A stretch of 29,882 bases of DNA from Anaerolineae bacterium. Its GTDB lineage: Bacteria; Chloroflexota; Anaerolineae; Anaerolineales; RBG-16-64-43. Within the stretch, counting starts at the first letter, position 1. Each line of letters begins with the position of its first letter. Positions 8,514 through 17,629 of this stretch are shown here, piece by piece. The notes beneath the pieces are model-generated. The model did no database searches. It saw only the letters and a list, made by a program, of their open reading frames with translations, and was not told the origin of the DNA. The translations under genes were made by a program, and so were the position numbers. Location: the NCBI GenBank assembly GCA_003141675.1, contig PLND01000031.1, forward strand, positions 1-29,882, written 5' to 3'.

Positions 8514-9743
8514 TTATTCCGTTTTGGACGAGTCAATGTATCCCGCCATGCGCGCGATCAAAAGCGCCACTGCTTCCGCCGCGCAGCCGAAGTTGGCAAT
8601 GTAAAATGCCGCCGCATTCGCCCCCTGCATGCCGAACGTCGGATCTTGCCGCGCGCGGCGCAGGAACGCCGCCAGTCCTTCCGGCGAGCGGACGTCCGCT
8701 GCGACACCACGGCGGATGAAATCCCAGTCGTCGAGCGGTTTGGAAAGTCCGAGGATTCCCACCGGAATCTTCAGCAGCGCGGCTTCGAGTCCGGCGGTGG
8801 TGCTGAACATCAGCGCCGCTTGCGAAGCCCGGAGCAGAGGGTAAAGCGGATACTCGGCGACGAATGCGAAATCCGACGCGTTCTCTTGCTCGAGCATTTC
8901 CCGGAAGAGCGGGGCGCTTTCGCCGCGGTGCAGTTTGAAAGCCAGGCGCAAATTTCTCCAGTCCGGGTTTTCGTGCAGTGTCCGGACCCATCCGAGCAGG
9001 CGGACAAGCGCGTCGTGTTTCTCTTCGGCAGAGACGATCAGCATCCGTTCGATCGGACTGCTGAGGAACGTGAGCATAAAATCGCCCGGCGAATATCCCA
9101 GCGCCGACCGTATCCGCTGCGCCTCGGCGGAAAAGTCGGCGCCGGCCAATTGGTCGAAGCGCGGGTTGCCGGTAATGGTGATTTTCCGTTCGGGCACGCC
9201 CACGCGCAGGAAATAATCGCGCGAAGTCTCGCCCAGGGCGGCGACGGCGTCGCAATGCCCTTGGCCGTAATGGCGCAGACCCTCCTCCGTCCCATATCGC
9301 ATCTTGCGGATCCACCGGCTGTAGAGTTTTCTCCAGGGCGGGCGTTGGAAGAGATCCTTGCGCAGGCTCTCCTGCAGCAGCAGGCATGGGATGGAATTGC
9401 GGCGCGCCGCTTCGATATAGAGGTTGGACGGGAAGTTGCGGTCGTTGAGCACAACGATCAGCGAAGGATGCACGCGCTGCACCTCGTCCGGGATCCGTTG
9501 GCGGAAGGGCCGAGCGGCCGCGCCCCACTCCGGCATCGGCACCGGAAGTGGTGTTTCCTCCATGCGCACGAAGGGAACGCCCTCGCGCTGGAGGGCTGCC
9601 GGATCGCTCGCGGTGCGCAACAATTCGCAATCCGAATACACGATCACCGGGATGCCGCGTGCGCGCAGCAGGCGGATCACCGGCAGGATGATCTGTTGGT
9701 GCGAATCGGCGGCGGTGATCTCAAATAGAATGGGGCCCGTCAT
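8514..9743 (-). CDS. GT-B-fold glycosyltransferase / UDP-GlcNAc-2-epimerase-like polysaccharide biosynthesis protein (specific activity not assignable)
   Basis: 409-aa product with a ...ITITGNPRFD... motif reminiscent of WecB/GT-B enzymes. Its ATG overlaps the valS stop codon (ATGA at 9740-9743), implying translational coupling. Confidence 0.55.
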   Translation of the reverse strand: MTGPILFEITAADSHQQIILPVIRLLRARGIPVIVYSDCELLRTASDPAALQREGVPFVRMEETPLPVPMPEWGAAARPFRQRIPDEVQRVHPSLIVVLNDRNFPSNLYIEAARRNSIPCLLLQESLRKDLFQRPPWRKLYSRWIRKMRYGTEEGLRHYGQGHCDAVAALGETSRDYFLRVGVPERKITITGNPRFDQLAGADFSAEAQRIRSALGYSPGDFMLTFLSSPIERMLIVSAEEKHDALVRLLGWVRTLHENPDWRNLRLAFKLHRGESAPLFREMLEQENASDFAFVAEYPLYPLLRASQAALMFSTTAGLEAALLKIPVGILGLSKPLDDWDFIRRGVAADVRSPEGLAAFLRRARQDPTFGMQGANAAAFYIANFGCAAEAVALLIARMAGYIDSSKTE

Positions 9744-12532
9744 TTTCCCAGTGCCTTGAGCTGCTCCTCAAGTTTATCGCGATTTTCTTTCAGCGCGGCC
9801 AGGCGCGTGCGTTCCTTTTCGACGACGTTGGCGGGTGCGCGCGATCCGAAATCACCCGCTAAAAGCTTCTCCACGCGGGTAATCTGGCTCTTTACGTCTT
9901 CGGATTCTTTTAGCAGCCGCGCGCGCTCCGCGCCGGGGTCGGCCATTTCCGCCAGCGGTATCAGGATCCGCACCGGACCGACGACGAGTGGGACGGAGCC
10001 CTTGGAATCGGAGGGAGCCTCATCGGCAAACTGCAGCCCATGCAGATCGATCCGCGCGAGCAGGCACAGCCCCGCGGCGGATCCGGAGAGTTGTTCTTTG
10101 TATTTGTCGGCCAGAATCACCGCGGAGGTTTTCTTCGTCAGCGGAACCTTTTTCTCGGCGCGCAGGTTGCGGATCGCGCGGACTATGTCCATGAAGAGCG
10201 AGAATTCCTCCAGCGCATCCTCGTCCACTTTGTCAACGGGCTTCGGCCACGAGGCGATGATCAGCGCTTCGGGCCATCCCGCGGGAGGATCGAAATCCTC
10301 GCCCGCCGCGCGGCAGGCATCTTTGAGATAACCCCACAGCGCCTCGGTGACGAACGGTGTAAAGGGGTGCAGCAGGCGCAGACAGTCGTCGAATACGTGC
10401 GCGAGAATCTGCACCGTGGTCCGGGCGCGCGCCGGATTTTCGGCGATCTGCAGTTTGGATAGTTCGATGTACCAGTCCGCGAACTCGCCCCAGAAGAAAT
10501 CGTACACCATCCGGCCGGCCTCGCCGTATTGATAGGTGTCCATCAGGCGCGTGGAATCCGAGATGGTGCGCGAAAGGCGCGAGAGGATCCAGCGGTCGGC
10601 CGTAGTGTAGGGGGCCTTCTCGCACTGGGCGCCGAGTTTTTCGAAGGCGGTCAACATATAGCGGCCGGCGTTCCAGAGCTTGTTGGCGAAGTTGCGGTTG
10701 GCCTCCACCCGTTCGATGCTCAGGTTGAGATCGTTGCCGGGCGAGCCGCTGGTTATCAGCGTGAAGCGTAGCGCGTCGGTGCCCATCGGCGGAATACCCT
10801 CGGGGTACTTTTCGGCGATCTCGGCGCTGCCTCCGGCCTCGCGGATCTGCGCAGCCGTGACTCCGTCCATCACCCAGCGCGGGTCCATCACGTTGCCGAT
10901 CGACTTCGACATCTTGCGGCCCTGTTCGTCGCGCACCAACCCGTGCAGGTAGACGGTATGGAAGGGCGGCTCGCCGGTGAACTCCATTCCGAACATGATC
11001 ATCCGCGCCACCCAGAAGAATAGAATGTCGTACCCGGTCTCCATCACGGAGGTGGGATAAAAGTATTTCAGGTCGCGCGTTTCGTCCGGCCAGCCGAGCG
11101 TAGAAAACGGCCACAATCCGGAGGAAAACCACGTGTCGAGCACGTCCTCGTCCTGACGCAGCGTTCGGCTCCCGCATACGGAACAAGCGGCCGGGTCCTC
11201 GCGCCCGCTGGTCATGTGGCCTTCCGGACAGTACCAGACCGGGATGCGGTGGCCCCACCATAGTTGGCGCGAGATGCACCAATCCTGGATGTGCTCAAGC
11301 CAGTTGAAGTAGACCTTCTCGAAGTGCTCGGGGATGATCTGGATGCGGCCGTCGCGCACGGCGGCGGACGCCGCTTCGGAGAGCGGCTTGATTTTAATGA
11401 ACCACTGCGTGGAAATCATCGGCTCGACGATCTCGCCGCCTCGTTGCGAGCGCGGGACGCGCAGCATATACGGTTCTTCCTTGATCACGAGGTTCGCCGC
11501 GCGCATATCGGCCCACATCTTCTTGCGGCATTCGAAGCGATCGAGCCCTTGATACGGGCCGCCGTTTTCGTTGAGACATGCGTTTTTATCGAAGATCGAG
11601 ATGATCGGCAAGCCGTGGTTTTTCCCCACCTCATAATCGATCGGATCGTGCCCCGGGGTGATCTTCAGCGCGCCGGTTCCAAACTCGCGGTCGACGGCTT
11701 CGTCGGCGATGACCGGGATCTCGCGGCCCAGGATCGGAACGAGCGCAGTGCGGCCGACCAGCGCCGCGTAGCGCGGATCCTCCGGGTGCACGGCCACGGC
11801 CGTGTCGCCCAAAATTGTTTCCGGGCGGGTGGTGGCCACCGGGATGTAGAGACGGGTCGCCGACCCGTCTTTACCAAATTCTGACCCGCCCCTGCCAGGT
11901 TCTTCCTTGATCATATATTTGAAAAAGTACAGCGTCCCCGGCTCGTCGGAATATTCCACTTCGAGATCGCTCACCGCGGTGCGCAGCCCGGGCGACCAGT
12001 TGACCAGCCTTGGGCCGCGGTACAGCAGCCCTTTTTCGAACAGCCGGACGAAGGCTTCACGCACCGAGAGCGCCAGGCCGTCGTCGAGGGTAAAGCGTTC
12101 GCGGGTCCAATCGCATGAGGCCCCCAGGCGGCGCAATTGGTCGTAGATGATCCCGCCGTATTTGCGCTTCCATTCCCAGGCGCGCTGGAGGAACTTCTCG
12201 CGTCCGAGCGCCTCACGGCTCGTGCCCTCGCGCTGGAGCATCCGCTCCACCAGCAGCTGGGTGGCGATTCCGGCGTGGTCGGACCCGGGCAGCCACAGCG
12301 TTGGCTCGCCGAGCATGCGGTGGTAGCGGACCATCAGATCCTCGATCGAAACGAACATCGCATGCCCGAGGTGCAGCTCGCCGGTCACATTGGGCGGGGG
12401 GATGGAGATGACGAACGGCTTGCGGTTGTGGTCGATCACCGGCTGGAAATAGCCGCTCGATTCCCACCACTCGTAGAGCTTGCGTTCGACGGCGGTAAAG
12501 TCGTAGGTTTTGGGAAGTTCGATTTTCGGCAT
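9740..12532 (-). CDS. valS: Valine--tRNA ligase
   Basis: 930 aa, class I synthetase. HIGH motif PPPNVTGELHLGHA, KMSKS motif RKMSKSIGNV, and a C-terminal coiled coil. GAGGAG RBS 5 nt upstream of the ATG at 12532. Confidence 0.97.
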   Translation of the reverse strand: MPKIELPKTYDFTAVERKLYEWWESSGYFQPVIDHNRKPFVISIPPPNVTGELHLGHAMFVSIEDLMVRYHRMLGEPTLWLPGSDHAGIATQLLVERMLQREGTSREALGREKFLQRAWEWKRKYGGIIYDQLRRLGASCDWTRERFTLDDGLALSVREAFVRLFEKGLLYRGPRLVNWSPGLRTAVSDLEVEYSDEPGTLYFFKYMIKEEPGRGGSEFGKDGSATRLYIPVATTRPETILGDTAVAVHPEDPRYAALVGRTALVPILGREIPVIADEAVDREFGTGALKITPGHDPIDYEVGKNHGLPIISIFDKNACLNENGGPYQGLDRFECRKKMWADMRAANLVIKEEPYMLRVPRSQRGGEIVEPMISTQWFIKIKPLSEAASAAVRDGRIQIIPEHFEKVYFNWLEHIQDWCISRQLWWGHRIPVWYCPEGHMTSGREDPAACSVCGSRTLRQDEDVLDTWFSSGLWPFSTLGWPDETRDLKYFYPTSVMETGYDILFFWVARMIMFGMEFTGEPPFHTVYLHGLVRDEQGRKMSKSIGNVMDPRWVMDGVTAAQIREAGGSAEIAEKYPEGIPPMGTDALRFTLITSGSPGNDLNLSIERVEANRNFANKLWNAGRYMLTAFEKLGAQCEKAPYTTADRWILSRLSRTISDSTRLMDTYQYGEAGRMVYDFFWGEFADWYIELSKLQIAENPARARTTVQILAHVFDDCLRLLHPFTPFVTEALWGYLKDACRAAGEDFDPPAGWPEALIIASWPKPVDKVDEDALEEFSLFMDIVRAIRNLRAEKKVPLTKKTSAVILADKYKEQLSGSAAGLCLLARIDLHGLQFADEAPSDSKGSVPLVVGPVRILIPLAEMADPGAERARLLKESEDVKSQITRVEKLLAGDFGSRAPANVVEKERTRLAALKENRDKLEEQLKALGK

Positions 12533-12599
12533 GAGACTCCTCTTTGCTGACCCTTCCTCCTTTCCCGGCCTTCGCCCCGGAAAAACACCTCGGCTCCGG

Positions 12600-12642
12600 C
12601 CACCCTCTCCCCCCTCCCAGAATGGGAGGGGGGAGAGGGTGG
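12600..12642. repeat. Perfect 20-bp-stem palindrome CCACCCTCTCCCCCCTCCCA-gaa-TGGGAGGGGGGAGAGGGTGG within the valS 5' leader
   Basis: Read directly. Same polypyrimidine/polypurine-arm architecture as the 6383-6420 palindrome. Confidence 0.85.
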
Positions 12643-12664
12643 GGAGAGGGAGAAGAGTCGGGAA

Positions 12665-12705
12665 TAAAAAAACCCTCCGCCTCGTGAGGGCGAAGGGTTG
12701 ATCCT
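12665..12705 (-). terminator. Intrinsic terminator (leader attenuator) upstream of valS
   Basis: The minus strand reads CCCUUCGCCCUC-acga-GGCGGAGGG followed by UUUUUUUAUU. Confidence 0.6.
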
Positions 12706-12910
12706 CCGTGGTTCCACCTCGATTCGCCCCGGATTGATCCGGGGCGCACTCGATGCTATAACGGTGCGGACCGCGCCGGTCTACAGGCCCGCTGCAAAGC
12801 GGGCGTTCTTCGGCGGCGCGCCGCGCGACATTCGGGGGCTGGGGAAGCGGGGGCTTTCAACCAGCGGCCACACCTTCTCTGGCATCCCTTGCCCGCCTAC
12901 TCTTCGCGGC
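12665..12910 (-). promoter_or_regulatory. Candidate T-box riboswitch leader controlling valS
   Basis: The minus strand reads AAUCGAGGUGGAACCACGG (plus 12706-12726), which matches the T-box consensus AAUUAGGGUGGNACCGCGG. It sits immediately 5' of an intrinsic terminator. Further 5' there is a GAAGAGUAGG / AGAGA Stem-I-like region, and a GUC (Val) triplet at plus 12827-12829. Confidence 0.5.
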
Positions 12911-13110
12911 GATCGCTGTATGACAAGATTATAAGAGCTAAAAAGGCGGGAGTCAAACCCTCGAAGAATGAGCTAAACGCCGAGGGTGGAAAATTGGCAA
13001 ATTTCGCTTCGTTCATGTTTCGAGTAAAATGTTTGGTATGCAGCATAGCCATCCAAGCGAGCAAGCAGCGTATCGTAAGCCGCTTTCATTAATATCGAAT
13101 CACACGGGTC

Positions 13111-13116
13111 TATAAT
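13111..13116 (+). promoter_or_regulatory. Candidate sigma70 -10 (TATAAT) for the 13137 gene
   Basis: gggtcTATAATgtggtAAGGAGGtaaataaaATG, with a weak -35 (TTAATA) 16 nt upstream. Confidence 0.35.
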
Positions 13117-13136
13117 GTGGTAAGGAGGTAAATAAA

Positions 13137-13712
13137 ATGCCCAAGGCTTCGTTCACGCTTCCAAACGGAACTGTAGTAACCATTGATGGAACGCCCGCGG
13201 AGGTTCGAAGTCTGCTTGCGTTTTATGGGGGCAATCCGGAAAAGGGGGAGCGCGCGGGCCAAAAGCAAAGCGTCAAAGCCGGCCTCAAAAAATCCGCCGC
13301 AGAGAAGAAGATTTCACTGGCTAAAATAGCAAAAATTGTCAATAAAATTAAGTCCTGTCCGGAGGCTGAAGGCATCGAAAGGAATATCCTGGTAAAAACT
13401 TTTGAGGCGAACAGGGTTCTGCTGCCGATCTATATCGTCCATGAACATATGGGCAATGCTTTTGGACTCACAACCACGGAAATAAGCAAAGTGACCGCCG
13501 ATTTGGGTGCGCGAGTGCGCGTTTCGCGACAAGCTGCGTTTCGCGCCCTCGTTCGGTCTTCAGCTTCACGGTATGTGCTATCCGATACACCCAGGCAAAT
13601 AGGAATCGCGACGCGATACACAATGGATATGAGGGGCGTCCAATACATGAAGAAAGTTATTGCTCGAACGCAAGCGGAAAGATCAAAGCACAAAGTCATC
13701 CGCCCGGTATGA
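13137..13712 (+). CDS. Hypothetical protein (191 aa) with a Lys-rich linker, located in the AT-rich island
   Basis: Perfect AAGGAGG SD 8 nt upstream. The product has a small N-terminal beta-rich segment, then a K/A-rich linker, then an about 110-aa C-terminal domain. No motif is recognised. Confidence 0.6.
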   Translation: MPKASFTLPNGTVVTIDGTPAEVRSLLAFYGGNPEKGERAGQKQSVKAGLKKSAAEKKISLAKIAKIVNKIKSCPEAEGIERNILVKTFEANRVLLPIYIVHEHMGNAFGLTTTEISKVTADLGARVRVSRQAAFRALVRSSASRYVLSDTPRQIGIATRYTMDMRGVQYMKKVIARTQAERSKHKVIRPV

Positions 13713-13807
13713 CGTTTTTCTCTTCGTTAGCCTTCGAATAGAATAATTGGTAGGTTGGCTTTTCCGGCCGGCTGGAGATGCCTGTCCATCAGGCAAAGGA
13801 GGATGTC

Positions 13808-14458
13808 ATGAATAATGTTAAGGACGATCTGCTGGAAACCGATGTGGAACGGTTGAGAAAATCGCGGGTAATCGCCGTCGATACGGAAACCGCGGGGTTA
13901 ATTCCGAGCCGGGACCGTCTTTATCTCATGCAGATATGCGATAACGACGGCGTCATTGATATTATCCAGACGGCCCGTTGGGAGAATACTCCCAATTTGC
14001 ATCTGGTATTGATGGATCCGGCGATCATCAAAGTAATTCAATTTGCCATAATGGATTGCGCCTTCATTTTGAAATATATGGGGATCCTTCCCGAAAATGT
14101 TTATTGTACGAAGATCGCAAGTAAAATTGCTCGAACCTATTCATCCAATCACTCTCTCGCAGGGTTGATAGAAGATCTGCTCGGGATTACCTTGGATAAA
14201 AAACAGCAAACAACGTTTTGGGGAAAAGCCCAATTGACGGCGGAACAGATTAACTATGCCTCCAACGATGTAAAGTACTTAATTGAAGCCCGGAACCGCT
14301 TGGAGATCATTTTGGCCGAAAAAGGTCTTCTTTCCACGGGCATATCCTATAGCGAGTTGAATAAGGCGTGTCAAGCATTTATTCCGACGCTTGTCCATAT
14401 ATGGACGAATGGGTGGGATTTCGGGAAAGAAGAACCGCAATTGATTTTCGGAAGATAA
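13808..14458 (+). CDS. 3'-5' exonuclease, DEDDy (RNase D / WRN-exo-like) domain protein
   Basis: The ExoI motif is IAVDTETAGL and the ExoIII motif is YASNDVKYL. AAGGAGG SD 5 nt upstream of the ATG at 13808. Confidence 0.8.
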   Translation: MNNVKDDLLETDVERLRKSRVIAVDTETAGLIPSRDRLYLMQICDNDGVIDIIQTARWENTPNLHLVLMDPAIIKVIQFAIMDCAFILKYMGILPENVYCTKIASKIARTYSSNHSLAGLIEDLLGITLDKKQQTTFWGKAQLTAEQINYASNDVKYLIEARNRLEIILAEKGLLSTGISYSELNKACQAFIPTLVHIWTNGWDFGKEEPQLIFGR

Positions 14459-14854
14459 GTTTACCCGGCTCCGGATGCGGCCCGGGGCACCCAAAAAGCG
14501 ATACAGTTCTTCCCACATGGCCCTAAAAAAAATCCGTTCGATGCAGGTCGATACCGGCAATCTCCGATCTCGGCGATTTGCCGGTCCCGGGGCATCGCGA
14601 GCCAGCATCTTTCGTTGCCAGACGATTTATCCCCCGAGGGAGGGACTTCTGCGCCGATCTCAGAATGGGAGAACGGACCGGTTCGCCGATGGATTATTTT
14701 GCTGGAATTCATCTTGTCGGCAAGTTCCAATCATCATCTTGTTTCTATCTGTTGTGTTATTGACTTATAGGAATACAATAACGTATGCAGGTAATCTCTC
14801 TATGTAGATCGCATTCCAGCGACCGCCGGAGGATGAGACTGCCGGGAGTTTGCA

Positions 14855-16147
14855 ATGTACCAGACCATAACCGTAAGCCTCTCCAACTTGCTGCTTTCTC
14901 TTTCGGATGCACTGGATCTGGCCAGCCCGGTTCTCGCGCAGCACCAGATGAGGACGGCCTTTATTTCCTGGGAAATTGCCAAAGCGGCCGGGTTGCCACA
15001 AGACCAGACGGAATCGCTCTACATGGCGGCATTGCTCCATGACGTCGGAGCCTTGTCGGCGGAAGAAAAAATCGCCATCCATCAACAGGAAGTGCAGAAT
15101 CCAGAAAAGCATTGTATTTTGGGTGAAAAGCTTCTGCGAACGGCGTCGATCTTCGAGTATCCGGCGCGCATCGTGAGGTTTCATCACACGCCTTGGAAAG
15201 ATTGGCGCCAACCGTTCGAAGAACCTCTCGTTCAACAAGCCCAGATCCTAAAGCTGGCGGATGGCCTGGAACGCGGCATCGACCGCGGCAACTATATTTT
15301 GCACCAGCAGGATAGATTGATAGAGGGTGTGAAGGCCGCGGCCGGGGATTCCGTCCATCCGGATGTGGTCCAGTGGCTGGTGCGCGCCGGTGTGCGCGAG
15401 GAGTTCTGGCTGGATCTCGTCTCTCCAAGGCTCTACTCGCTGCTATTGCACAACGGGCCTTGCCGTGGGATAGAAGTCGGGCTCTCCCAACTCTCGGAGA
15501 TCTCCGAGCTATTCCGCAATATGATCGATTTTCGTTCCCGGTTTACCTCCACGCATTCCTCCGGTGTGGCTGCTACCGCAACCATCCTCGCGAAATTATT
15601 TGGATTAACCGAAATGGAAATTGGGTTGATGGAAATCGCGGGGAACCTGCACGACCTTGGAAAAATGGCCATTCCCAACCAAATTCTTGAAAAACCGGGC
15701 AAGTTGACGCGGGAAGAATTTGCGGTCATCCGCCAGCATACGTATTTGACTTACACCATCCTCAATTCGATCGGCGGAATCCAGCAGATTGTGGAATGGG
15801 CTGCTTTCCATCATGAGAAACTGGACGGATCGGGGTACCCGTTTCATGTAGACGCGCAAAAAATTGGAATCGGCTCCCGCATCATGGCGGTGGCTGATAT
15901 TTTTACCGCCCTGGCGGAAAACCGCCCATATCGGGAAGCCATGGATAAAGACGGGGTAATGGGAATCATCCACAAACTCTCCGAGAACCGGCAATTAGAC
16001 CAGAGAGTGGTCGGTGTCCTGGCGGAGAATTATGAAGAAATCCGTTCGGACATGCGGGAACAGCAGCAAGCGGCCCGTGATTTTTTTGAAAAGGAATTTT
16101 ACTATCCCGACCCGCATACCCCATCTACTTCGCCGGATGTAGGATAA
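14855..16147 (+). CDS. Tandem HD-domain protein; the C-terminal HD-GYP (HHEKLDGSGYP) is a c-di-GMP phosphodiesterase and the N-terminal HD domain is degenerate
   Basis: The first HD domain (LLHDVGAL...RFHH) lacks GYP. The second (NLHDLGKMAIP...HHEKLDGSGYPF) is canonical HD-GYP. Confidence 0.85.
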   Translation: MYQTITVSLSNLLLSLSDALDLASPVLAQHQMRTAFISWEIAKAAGLPQDQTESLYMAALLHDVGALSAEEKIAIHQQEVQNPEKHCILGEKLLRTASIFEYPARIVRFHHTPWKDWRQPFEEPLVQQAQILKLADGLERGIDRGNYILHQQDRLIEGVKAAAGDSVHPDVVQWLVRAGVREEFWLDLVSPRLYSLLLHNGPCRGIEVGLSQLSEISELFRNMIDFRSRFTSTHSSGVAATATILAKLFGLTEMEIGLMEIAGNLHDLGKMAIPNQILEKPGKLTREEFAVIRQHTYLTYTILNSIGGIQQIVEWAAFHHEKLDGSGYPFHVDAQKIGIGSRIMAVADIFTALAENRPYREAMDKDGVMGIIHKLSENRQLDQRVVGVLAENYEEIRSDMREQQQAARDFFEKEFYYPDPHTPSTSPDVG

Positions 16148-16455
16148 AAGAAAAATAAATGAAGTTCACCCACCCACGCGCCATTCATATGGTGACGGAC
16201 AATCGGGTGAAGGTCCGCTCGCTGGTGACCCACCGCTTTCCATAAGAGAAAGCTGCCGACGCCTTTTGGGTGCTTCAGAAGCGGGAAGGGATCAAGGTGG
16301 TGGAAACGGTTTAACACTGCATAATGAGGGGGAGTATTTACGGCCGCAATAAGAATACGCCCAAGCGTTTATAATATTCTTTCCAAGATGCACTACGGGA
16401 AACGTTAACTTTATTGACTTATCAGCCTTCTAAAATATTCCTGGGTTGTGATCAC

Positions 16456-17364
16456 ATGGATAATACGCGAATCCTGGAGGCGCTGATGTCGGTCAACCTG
16501 ATGAACATCCCCGAGCCGAAGAGACTTTTATTGGAACTTCTTGTCGGCCAATTGAGCGGCATTTCCGGGATGGCCGCCGTTGTCCTGGGCGGATCGTATG
16601 CCGGCGGCACCCAGCACGATACATCCGACCTCGACATCGGTCTTTACTACCGCGAGGCCAAACCGTTTTCCATCGCCGATATCCGCCGGGTCGCGAACGG
16701 CGTTTCGGCCAAGGGACCGGCGACGGTCACCGATTTCTACGAATGGGGAGCATGGGTAAACGGGGGAGCCTGGATTTTCACCCTGCAGGGCAAGGTGGAT
16801 TTTCTATACCGCAACCTGGATCAGGTGGAGCGCACGATTGCCGAAGCGAACTGCGGGATCGTTCAGCAGGACTACGGCCAACAACCGGCCTACGGCTTCT
16901 ACAGCATCATCTATCTGGCGGAGACGCAAATCTGCATTCCGCTCCACGACCCAGAGGGGCTGATCGCCGATCTCAAGCGCAGGGTTGAAGTTTATCCGCC
17001 CAAGCTAAAGGAAAGGATCATAACCGATTCGCTCTGGTCGGCGGAATTCACGCTGATCCACGCCCGTAATTTTGCAGCGCAAGGCGATGTTTATAATACG
17101 GCGGGTTGCCTTACCCGTACTGCATCCAACCTCACCCAGATGCTGTTTGCCCTGAACGGGAAATATTTCCTCGGCGATAAAAAGGCGATGGACGCCCTCG
17201 CGGCTTTCCCAACTTTACCGGCGGGATATGTTCAGAGAATTAACCGCACCTTGGGTTGCCCGGGTGGAAGTGCTCAGGAGCTGACCGGGTCGGTTGACGA
17301 AATGGAGCAGGTTTGGCAGAGTGTGGTGGCGCTTCCCGGTGTGGAATACCAGTCGAAGTATTAA
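16456..17364 (+). CDS. Pol-beta-superfamily nucleotidyltransferase (GS...DxD) with a KNTase_C/DUF4037-like C-terminal domain
   Basis: LGGSYAGGTQHDTSDLDIGLYY is the minimal NTase motif. The ORF-track start at 16414 is a TTG that coincides with a TTGACT promoter-like hexamer. The ATG at 16456 is preferred, but the start is uncertain. Confidence 0.7.
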   Translation: MDNTRILEALMSVNLMNIPEPKRLLLELLVGQLSGISGMAAVVLGGSYAGGTQHDTSDLDIGLYYREAKPFSIADIRRVANGVSAKGPATVTDFYEWGAWVNGGAWIFTLQGKVDFLYRNLDQVERTIAEANCGIVQQDYGQQPAYGFYSIIYLAETQICIPLHDPEGLIADLKRRVEVYPPKLKERIITDSLWSAEFTLIHARNFAAQGDVYNTAGCLTRTASNLTQMLFALNGKYFLGDKKAMDALAAFPTLPAGYVQRINRTLGCPGGSAQELTGSVDEMEQVWQSVVALPGVEYQSKY

Positions 17365-17449
17365 AGGCGGGAGATTGCCGTTTGGCCGAACGTCTTCACG
17401 GGTTTCGCCGGAGGCGGTGAGAAAGCCGGAGGCACTCCAGGCGATAATT

Positions 17450-17481
17450 CGGGCGGCCGCTTCCGCCCGCGTATTCTTTTT
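17450..17481 (+). terminator. Intrinsic terminator after the nucleotidyltransferase gene
   Basis: CGGGCGG-ccgctt-CCGCCCG followed by CGTATTCTTTTT. Confidence 0.45.
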
Positions 17482-17629
17482 CGCGTCCTTCGAGTACAAT
17501 TAATAGGCTAGCGACCCCGGCAAAAAGTTGAGAAATTGGGCGCCTATTTTTCCGCCGGGTTGGGAAGAGATGGTTCCATCCGCGAAAGTACACAACACCT
17601 CACCGGAATACTGGAAAGGATGGCTTTCT

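Noticed and set aside
8533-9728. Two long alternative-frame ORFs (8533..9630 minus, 8646..9728 plus) inside the glycosyltransferase gene
   Set aside because: The translations are extremely Arg/Ala/Gly/Pro-rich and low in complexity. This is the classic GC-rich off-frame artefact.
10233-11282. 349-aa minus-strand off-frame ORF inside valS
   Set aside because: valS is unambiguous (HIGH and KMSKS motifs). The off-frame product is Arg/Gly/Pro-rich.
14459-14854. Possible c-di-GMP (GEMM) riboswitch in the 400-bp region upstream of the HD-GYP gene
   Set aside because: Hairpins are present (for example ACCGGCAA...TTGCCGGT at about 14552-14590), but I could not find the conserved GEMM-I/II sequence blocks. 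It cannot be supported without a covariance-model search.
16414-16455. TTG start at 16414 for the nucleotidyltransferase (the ORF-track start)
   Set aside because: The TTG is part of a TTGACT hexamer that repeats upstream of another gene, and there is no RBS. The ATG at 16456 is preferred, though that is also uncertain.
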